A stretch of DNA of 64,000 bases, taken from positions 4,837 to 68,836 of the forward strand of contig JAZRSO010000002.1 in the NCBI GenBank assembly GCA_045651525.1, given 5' to 3'. This document shows, piece by piece, positions 57,086 through 64,000 of this stretch. The stretch is from Candidatus Enterousia sp. Lineage in GTDB: Bacteria; Pseudomonadota; Alphaproteobacteria; Rs-D84. Positions within the stretch are counted from its first letter, which is position 1. Every line of letters begins with the position of its first letter. The position numbers and the translations under genes are program-made. A model generated the notes under the pieces. It was not told the DNA's origin and did not search any database. It worked only from the letters and a program-made list of their open reading frames with translations.

Positions 57086-57150
57086 TGCGTTGCAAGGGTG
57101 GGACAGCACCGCACAGGGGAAATAAAAAAATCCCCAAACGGGGATTTTTT

Positions 57151-57519
57151 TTATTTTGTATTGCCAATATACTGTCGCAGTTTTGCTGTCAATTCTGCTT
57201 CCTTGGCCGCAGTCTTTTCCTTGGATTGTTCTGAGTAACGTGCATGGAAAGCGTCATATAAGGCCTGTGCTTGTTCACCTGTATAACGAATGGCATCAGA
57301 ACCAATATATAAATCACAATAATCTGTTTTGCCGTTGCCTGCATTATACAAATCAATTGAAATATCTGTATTCAGTACTTCAAATGCAATCGATTTATTT
57401 TTTTCATAATTATTAATACGCGTAACCCGATTAGACCTAAGAACCTGTTTTATCATATTTATGGTCGCTCTTTCAAATTCTTCTGTTACGTAAACATGAT
57501 TTTTATTTGGACGTGTCAT
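57151..57519 (-). CDS. Hypothetical protein
   Basis: AGGGG RBS; own terminator at 57125-57150; ends IGNTK. Confidence 0.75.
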   Translation of the reverse strand: MTRPNKNHVYVTEEFERATINMIKQVLRSNRVTRINNYEKNKSIAFEVLNTDISIDLYNAGNGKTDYCDLYIGSDAIRYTGEQAQALYDAFHARYSEQSKEKTAAKEAELTAKLRQYIGNTK

Positions 57520-57591
57520 TTATTACCCCTTTTTTTATTTATCTGACAAGGCAATTATATCAAAAAAATGGCTAAAAGCAAATAGTATCTA

Positions 57592-58692
57592 CTATGCGGC
57601 TTGTTTCATATCTGACTTGATACGTCTGATATATTGACGCAATTCATCAATCGCAACCAATGTGCCGTCTTGTTTCTGGGCAGACCAATAATCCCATCCG
57701 TTAAAGCTGACACTGCGCTGTAATTTTGCCGCCATAACGTGAATTGACGCCTTGCCATACAATTGATGCGTTAATTGCCCGTCATGCGTTATCATTACGC
57801 GTTCGCCACGCGGGCTGACCAATGTTTGACCAACGAATAATAAGCCTGCGTCTATCAATTCGCGGAATGCGACACGAACTTCGTCACGTTTTGGTTTGGA
57901 TACTTCGATATCTGACAAGTCAATCGGCGATACATTTGCAATTCTGGCACGTGCCGCAGAAACATAACTTTCTTCGCGTTCAATGCCAATAAACTGACGC
58001 CCCAGTTCAATCGCCGCAGCAGCCGTCGTACCAGACCCCATAAATGGATCCAAAATAATATCGCCAGGTTTCGTTGATGCCAATATTACACGGTGCAATA
58101 AATCCAGTGGCTTTTGCGTGTTGTGCAGGCTTTTTCCGTTGCTGTCTTTGACGCGTTCTTCGCCCAGACAGATATTCAAATCCCAATCCGAACGCATTTG
58201 CTTGCCACCGTTTAATTTCTTCATCGTTTCGTAATTAAAGGTATATTTTCCTGTCTTGGTAGGCGTTGCCCAAATCAATGTTTCGTGCGCGTTGGTAAAG
58301 CGTGTACCACGGAAATTCGGCATTGGGTTTGTCTTGACCCAGACAACATCGTTTAAAATCCAAAAGCCCATATCTTGCAAAATGCTGCCCACACGGAAAA
58401 TGTTATGATAACTGCCAATTGTCCACATAGCGCCGTTTGGCTTTAACACGCGTTTGCATTCTGCCAGCCAGGCACGGGTAAATTCGTCATATTCGGCGTT
58501 TGATTCAAACGAATCCCATGAATCGCGCACCGCACGGGCAGCTGTTTGATCTTCGGGTCTGTATAATGTCTTTGCGCCTAATTGTAAATTATATGGGGGG
58601 TCTGCAAATACCGCATCAACAGACGCGTCTGGAATGCCACGCATTATTTCCAGACAATCACCTAATAAAATCTGATTAAGGTATTTGTTCAT
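57592..58692 (-). CDS. ccrM: CcrM-like DNA adenine methyltransferase (beta class)
   Basis: FADPPYNLQL, GSYHNIFRVG, NPMPNFRGTRFTNAHETLIW, QMRSDW, TQKP, LDPFMGSGTT, C-terminal SIH..NGWDYW domain. Confidence 0.9.
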   Translation of the reverse strand: MNKYLNQILLGDCLEIMRGIPDASVDAVFADPPYNLQLGAKTLYRPEDQTAARAVRDSWDSFESNAEYDEFTRAWLAECKRVLKPNGAMWTIGSYHNIFRVGSILQDMGFWILNDVVWVKTNPMPNFRGTRFTNAHETLIWATPTKTGKYTFNYETMKKLNGGKQMRSDWDLNICLGEERVKDSNGKSLHNTQKPLDLLHRVILASTKPGDIILDPFMGSGTTAAAAIELGRQFIGIEREESYVSAARARIANVSPIDLSDIEVSKPKRDEVRVAFRELIDAGLLFVGQTLVSPRGERVMITHDGQLTHQLYGKASIHVMAAKLQRSVSFNGWDYWSAQKQDGTLVAIDELRQYIRRIKSDMKQAA

Positions 58693-58860
58693 CTCTCCTG
58701 CTGTCCCTGTATGCATATTTTATCATATTTCTAGGTATAAAATTTTATGTTTCATGATTTTTTTTCAAATAAAGCACTTGATTTTTATAAAAATCACTAT
58801 TTTTCGTTGCTTAAAATATACTTGCCAAGTATGGATTTGATTGCTAACCTATGTATCACT

Positions 58861-59361
58861 ATGAGATGTCCATATTGTAATTCTACTGACAGTCGTGTAA
58901 CAGATTCGCGCCCAGATACCGAAGACGCAATTATTCGTCGTCGCCGTGTTTGCGAACAGTGTGGCGCAAAATTCACAACTGTTGAACGTATTCAAATGCG
59001 CGACCTGATGGTTCGTAAAAATAGCGGCAAGTTAGAGGCTTTTGACCGTGAAAAACTGCGTCGCAGTATTAAACTGGCATGCAGAAATCGCGATGTAGGC
59101 GATGAACAAATTGAAAAACTGGTTACATCTATCCATCGTCGCCTGGAAACAGAAACCGCAGACGATACAGTAAGCAGCGCACAAGTTGGACAGATGGTGT
59201 CTGATTCTTTGCTGAATCTGGACCCGATTGCGTTTGTACGATTTGTTTCTGTATATCGCAAGTTTTCACGCATATCTGACTTTAAAAAGATTATTGATAA
59301 AATACCAGAAGATGAAGATGATGCAATTGTATGTAAATTGCCAAAAAATTCGCTGTTCTGA
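58861..59361 (+). CDS. nrdR: Transcriptional regulator NrdR
   Basis: MRCPYC..DSR..IRRRRVCEQCGAKFTTVE, ATP cone, AFVRFVSVYRKF. Confidence 0.97.
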   Translation: MRCPYCNSTDSRVTDSRPDTEDAIIRRRRVCEQCGAKFTTVERIQMRDLMVRKNSGKLEAFDREKLRRSIKLACRNRDVGDEQIEKLVTSIHRRLETETADDTVSSAQVGQMVSDSLLNLDPIAFVRFVSVYRKFSRISDFKKIIDKIPEDEDDAIVCKLPKNSLF

Positions 59362-59367
59362 TAAATT

Positions 59368-61092
59368 ATGAAAAAAATCTTGGCATTTTTATCAGTTCTT
59401 TTCTTGTCGCCAATCGCAATGGCGGCGGATTTGCCACAAATTTTATCCGATATTGATGCGGGTTTGTATAAACAAGTTTTCCTGTTGCAAGATAATGAAA
59501 AAATCACACCTGCAATAAATGTGCAATCTCAGATCGCAGACCAGTTGTTGATGAACGAAGTTTTATATCAAAGATATATATCTAAGACATATCATACACG
59601 CGGCGCAGAAATCGCACAGTGGATGACAAAATACTATGATATGCCTGGCGCAAAACGTATGGAAAAGTTGGCCAACATCAAAAAAGCAAATGTACGCAAG
59701 TCCAAAACACCAAATATGATTAGTGGTTCTGAATCAATCGAAACAGCACAATCTGAGACATGGACAGAAAAAAAATATACCGGCAAAACAGATAAAAAAA
59801 TTAATGAATTTAAACGCGCAATACGCACAGGTTCTACCAAGATTGCGCGACAAATACTGGAAGACAAATCTTTCAAAAAGAATCTGACAGAATCTGACTA
59901 TGGTCGTCTGTCCGGACGTTTATCATACCTGTATTATACAAATGGCGAAATGGAATTGGCAAAAAAATGGGGATTTGTTGCGTCTGACGCACGTTCGGAA
60001 TACGGCCTGTGGGCAATGGGTTTATTATATTTCAAAGAAGAAAACTATATTGAATCACAAAAATATTTCAGTCGTATCTTAGAATTACCCCAGATAAACA
60101 ATGCCCGCAAGACCGAGGCTGCATTCTGGGCCGGTCGCGCGGCTGATTTCAAGGGCGATACAGAAAGCGCAAAAAAATACTGGCGTGTTGCCGCAACGTA
60201 TCCAATGGCGTTCTATGGTGCGTTGTCTGCAACAATGTTGGGTCAACAACCAAAATATGAATTCTTTGAGAGCGAGGCCACAGACGCAGACTTAACAGAA
60301 CTGGCAAATACAAAATACGGTAAAATGGCATTGGCATTGTTACAAGTCGGACGCAAAGACAGGGCCGAAGAATACCTGCGCTATTTAATCACACCAAAGG
60401 CATCAGACAGGGTCTTACACGCGGTAAATTCATTGGCGTCTGAATATAATATGCCACGCGTTTCTGTGCAATCTGCCAGCGTTATCAAAGACCGTGGTAT
60501 TTTGGAAATTGATGACAATATTATCTATTCTGCACAATATCCACTGCCCGACTGGGAACCAATGGGCGGCTGGTCAATCGACCGCGCATTATTGTTCGCA
60601 ATAACAAAACAAGAAAGTAATTTTAGAACAACTGCACAATCTGGCGCAGGCGCAAATGGTGTTATGCAAATTATGCCCAGCACCGCAAAACGCGTCGCAC
60701 GCGAAAACAAGATAGATTTTTCACAAATGGATATGTCAAATCCAGAACACAATATGTTCTTGGGGCAGCAATATATCGTTGACCTGTTACAACATCAAAA
60801 TATTGAAAACAGTATTATTAAAATGCTGGCGGCGTATAATGCTGGGATGGGTACTGTGGTTAAATTTGAAAAGTCTTTTTATACATACGACCCATTGTTA
60901 TATATCGAAAGTTTTCCTGCATACGAAACACGCAGCTATATCAAGCGCGTAATGTCAAATCTGTGGCTGTATCGCGCACGATTAAATCAACCACTGACAT
61001 CTATGAAAGAACTGGCGCATGGGAACTGGCCACTGTATAACAGCGAAGACGCATATGTTCAACAGCAAATTGCAGAACGTATGATGATATAA
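59368..61092 (+). CDS. Soluble lytic transglycosylase (Slt-like)
   Basis: Signal peptide; KQESNF, GANGVMQIMPSTA, AAYNAG, ETRSYIKRV. Confidence 0.93.
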   Translation: MKKILAFLSVLFLSPIAMAADLPQILSDIDAGLYKQVFLLQDNEKITPAINVQSQIADQLLMNEVLYQRYISKTYHTRGAEIAQWMTKYYDMPGAKRMEKLANIKKANVRKSKTPNMISGSESIETAQSETWTEKKYTGKTDKKINEFKRAIRTGSTKIARQILEDKSFKKNLTESDYGRLSGRLSYLYYTNGEMELAKKWGFVASDARSEYGLWAMGLLYFKEENYIESQKYFSRILELPQINNARKTEAAFWAGRAADFKGDTESAKKYWRVAATYPMAFYGALSATMLGQQPKYEFFESEATDADLTELANTKYGKMALALLQVGRKDRAEEYLRYLITPKASDRVLHAVNSLASEYNMPRVSVQSASVIKDRGILEIDDNIIYSAQYPLPDWEPMGGWSIDRALLFAITKQESNFRTTAQSGAGANGVMQIMPSTAKRVARENKIDFSQMDMSNPEHNMFLGQQYIVDLLQHQNIENSIIKMLAAYNAGMGTVVKFEKSFYTYDPLLYIESFPAYETRSYIKRVMSNLWLYRARLNQPLTSMKELAHGNWPLYNSEDAYVQQQIAERMMI

Positions 61093-61113
61093 AAAAATCC
61101 CCAAACGGGGATT

Positions 61114-61512
61114 TTATTGCAATAAATTTCGCGCCGATTCTAAAAAGCTTATCGCCATATCAATATCAGAATTATTTATCGGCGATTGCTGTGGCACAGT
61201 CGCAGTAACCGTTTCCACAGGCGCAGATACAGAAATATTTTCAACCACCACCTGTTGCGGTGCAGATGGCAAATTGCCATCACGCAGCATCTTTTTTACA
61301 CCAGCAATTGTCATACCATGCGTATACAACAAATCTTTGATAACAAATAATTTATCAACTGTTTCACTGCGATAATATCTGCGACCGCCCGCACCTGTGG
61401 TCGGTTTTATCGCAGATGGAAATTGCTTTTCCCAATATCGCAACGTATGTGCCGGAACATTTAAACGTTTCGACACATCGTTGATTGATGAAAAATATTC
61501 TTTGTTTTCCAC
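61114..61512 (-). CDS. MerR-family transcriptional regulator
   Basis: SINDVS..VPAHTLRYWEKQF..GGRRYY..GMTIAGVKK. Confidence 0.9.
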   Translation of the reverse strand: MENKEYFSSINDVSKRLNVPAHTLRYWEKQFPSAIKPTTGAGGRRYYRSETVDKLFVIKDLLYTHGMTIAGVKKMLRDGNLPSAPQQVVVENISVSAPVETVTATVPQQSPINNSDIDMAISFLESARNLLQ

Positions 61513-61527
61513 AGTATCACCCCGAAA

Positions 61528-64000
61528 TTATTCTGCAACAGGTTCTGTTGCGTCTGCTGTTTCTTCTTCGTCGGACGCGCCTTCGATTGCAATTGCAGAA
61601 ACAACTTTTTCGTTTTCAGCAGTACGGAACAATGTCACACCTGCGGTTGAACGACCTGCGATACGAACGTCATGTACAGGTGTGCGGATAATTTTTCCAC
61701 CGTCTGTCACCATAATAACATCTTGGTCATCTGTCACAGGGAATGAACCCGCAACAGCAGTATTTTTACCGCCCAGTTTAATGTTTGTAAATCCGCCACC
61801 ACCACGGTGTGTTAAGCGATATTCATAAGAACTGGTGCGTTTACCGAATCCGTTTTCTGAAATTGTCAGGATAAATTCTTCGGATGCCGCCATTTGTGCC
61901 ATTTTGACATCGTCCAACACAAGTGTTGTTTCTTCTTCGTCAGCAGATGCTTCTTCTTCGATTCCTGTTTCTGCACGACGTGCGGCGCGAGATTGCTTGA
62001 TATACGCTGCACGAACAGCAGAATCAGATTCGCCATGATTCAGCATCGCCATACCGATAATTCTGTCGTCTTTGCCCAATGTTATACCACGAACGCCTGT
62101 TGAATTGCGACCTGCGAATACACGAATTTCCGGAACCGCAAAACGGATTGCACGACCACGATATGTTGTCAGGAATACATCTTGATCTTCGGTACATGGC
62201 AGTACAGAAATCAAACTGTCACCTTCGTCCAATTTCATCGCAATTTTACCATTTGCACGGATTGAATCAAAGTCACTCATACGGTTACGACGAACTGTAC
62301 CGGATGCGGTTGCAAACATCAAGAAATGTTCTTTGCCTGATTCTTTGACGCGTTCCATATCTTCTTCTGGAACTGGCAAGATAGCAGTAATTGTTTCACC
62401 CTGTGCCAATGGTAACAGATTTATCAATGGACGCCCCTTGGCTGCGGCGGCAGCTTCTGGTAATTTGTATGTCTTTAATTTATAGCACAATCCCTTGGAA
62501 CTAAAGAACAACAATGGTGTGTGTGTATTTGCAACAAACACTTGGACAACATAGTCGTCTTCTTTGGTTGCCATTGCATTACGTCCCTTGCCACCACGTT
62601 TTTGTGCGCGATATGTATCCAACGCAACACGCTTGATATAACCTGTATTAGATACAGTTACAACCATATCTTCACGTGCAATCAAATCTTCGATATCAAT
62701 ATCAATTTCTGCGTCAGAAATTTCTGTACGACGTGGAGATGCCCAATTATCACGAACCGCTGTGGTTTCTTCACGAATAATTTGAACAATTCTTTCATGA
62801 CTGCCCAATATTTCTAATAAATCACGAATTGTCGCACCCAAAGACGTCAAATCATCATGAATCTTGTCGCGTTCCAGTCCTGTCAAACGATGCAGTTGCA
62901 ATTCCAAAATTGCACGCGCCTGATCTTCGGACATATAGAACATACCGTCTTTGTATTCTGTATTTGGATCATCAATCAGTTGAATATATGATTCAATATC
63001 AGATGCACGCCAACCACGCGCAATTAACGCTTCACGGGCAGCTTCTGGATTTGGACTGGATTTAATCAATTCAATAACCTCATCCAAGTTGCCAACCGCA
63101 ACAGATAATCCCAATAATGTATGCGCACGATTACGCGCCTTGTTCAAATCAAAGATTGTACGACGGCGTATAACTTCGGCCCTAAATTCAATAAATGAAT
63201 CAAGCACGCCACGAACATTGAACAACATCGGACGACCACGATTCAACGCCATCATATTTACAGGAAAACTGGTCTGCATTTCTGTATATTGAAACAGATG
63301 ATTCAATACAACATCTGCAATCGCATCGCGCTTTAATTCAATAACGATACGCAAGCCTTCTTTGGATGATTCGTCACGGATTTCAGAAATACCTTCGATT
63401 CTTTTGTCTTTTATCAATTCAGCAATTTTGATAATCATCTGTGCCTTGTTGACCTGATAAGGAATCTCATCAACAATAATCGCAGTATGATCACGAAAAT
63501 CTTCGGTATGTGTTTTTGCACGAACAATGATTGAACCACGCCCTGTTGTATGCGCCTTGTACGCGCCGGCGTGTCCCATAATCATCGCACCTGTTGGGAA
63601 ATCAGGTCCTGGGATAATTGTAAACAATTCATCATCAGATATATCTTTGTTATCCAATATCGCCAAAATACCATTGCAAATTTCACCCAAGTTATATGTT
63701 GGAACATTTGTCGCCATACCCACAGCAATACCAGAACCACCATTTACCAAGAAATTTGGGAACTTTGCAGGCAAAACCACCGGTTCCTGTAACGAACCGT
63801 CAAAGTTCGGCTGCCAATCAACAGTATCTTTGTCCATATCATCCATCAAAGACGCACCAAGTTTTGAAAGTCGCGCCTCGGTATAACGCATTGCAGCAGC
63901 CTTGTCCCCGTCACGAGAGCCAAAGTTACCCTGACCCTGAACCAGCATTTCACCCATTGAAAAATCCTGACCCATACGAACCATTGCTTCGTATATAGAA
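61528..64000 (-). CDS. gyrA: DNA gyrase subunit A (5' end beyond window)
   Basis: [34 protein letters not shown], GyrA box QKRGGKG. Confidence 0.98.
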   Translation of the reverse strand, partial: SIYEAMVRMGQDFSMGEMLVQGQGNFGSRDGDKAAAMRYTEARLSKLGASLMDDMDKDTVDWQPNFDGSLQEPVVLPAKFPNFLVNGGSGIAVGMATNVPTYNLGEICNGILAILDNKDISDDELFTIIPGPDFPTGAMIMGHAGAYKAHTTGRGSIIVRAKTHTEDFRDHTAIIVDEIPYQVNKAQMIIKIAELIKDKRIEGISEIRDESSKEGLRIVIELKRDAIADVVLNHLFQYTEMQTSFPVNMMALNRGRPMLFNVRGVLDSFIEFRAEVIRRRTIFDLNKARNRAHTLLGLSVAVGNLDEVIELIKSSPNPEAAREALIARGWRASDIESYIQLIDDPNTEYKDGMFYMSEDQARAILELQLHRLTGLERDKIHDDLTSLGATIRDLLEILGSHERIVQIIREETTAVRDNWASPRRTEISDAEIDIDIEDLIAREDMVVTVSNTGYIKRVALDTYRAQKRGGKGRNAMATKEDDYVVQVFVANTHTPLLFFSSKGLCYKLKTYKLPEAAAAAKGRPLINLLPLAQGETITAILPVPEEDMERVKESGKEHFLMFATASGTVRRNRMSDFDSIRANGKIAMKLDEGDSLISVLPCTEDQDVFLTTYRGRAIRFAVPEIRVFAGRNSTGVRGITLGKDDRIIGMAMLNHGESDSAVRAAYIKQSRAARRAETGIEEEASADEEETTLVLDDVKMAQMAASEEFILTISENGFGKRTSSYEYRLTHRGGGGFTNIKLGGKNTAVAGSFPVTDDQDVIMVTDGGKIIRTPVHDVRIAGRSTAGVTLFRTAENEKVVSAIAIEGASDEEETADATEPVAE

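Noticed and set aside
1-64000. Full UGA-to-Trp recoding suggested by the odd tRNA-Trp
   Set aside because: Core genes are full-length under code 11, and recR ends at TGA in a standard ATGA overlap with rsmA

Overview
Chromosomal window of a gene-dense, AT-rich alphaproteobacterium. The assignment is inferred from GapR/DUF2312, a CcrM-type methylase and the def-fmt-truA order; a reduced-genome, probably host-associated lineage is plausible but unproven. Core content: the rpoB'-rplLJAK-nusG-secE-tRNA-Trp block, yidC, lspA, a Kef-type antiporter, rsmA, recR, a D,D-carboxypeptidase, pyk, pyrG, comEC, truA/fmt/def, rmuC, a MarR-TolC-MFP-RND efflux operon, tRNA-Gln, tRNA-Glu, ccrM, nrdR, a lytic transglycosylase, a MerR regulator and gyrA'. 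Accessory content: (i) an atypical VirB8-VirB9(+SPOR)-VirB10 type IV core; (ii) an island beside tRNA-Gln encoding effector-like enzymes (HD hydrolase, two zinc proteases, a HopA1-like protein, two ADP-ribosyltransferase-like proteins) among nested direct repeats; (iii) many orphan proteins ending in a short basic tail (-KTR/-NTK/-KTK/-SR); (iv) a ~215-nt multi-branched RNA with its own promoter and terminator; (v) three tandem HiPIP-like Cys4 miniproteins inside def-fmt-truA; (vi) a surface-glycan locus with a 1652-aa GT2-GT8-ATP-grasp-DUF1796-coiled-coil-FkbM fusion; (vii) two REP/REPIN-like clusters flanking two secreted-protein genes; (viii) a tRNA-Trp with a non-canonical anticodon arm and ~175-bp tRNA-linked repeats. 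All family calls come from motif recognition by eye; no database searches or folding programs were run.
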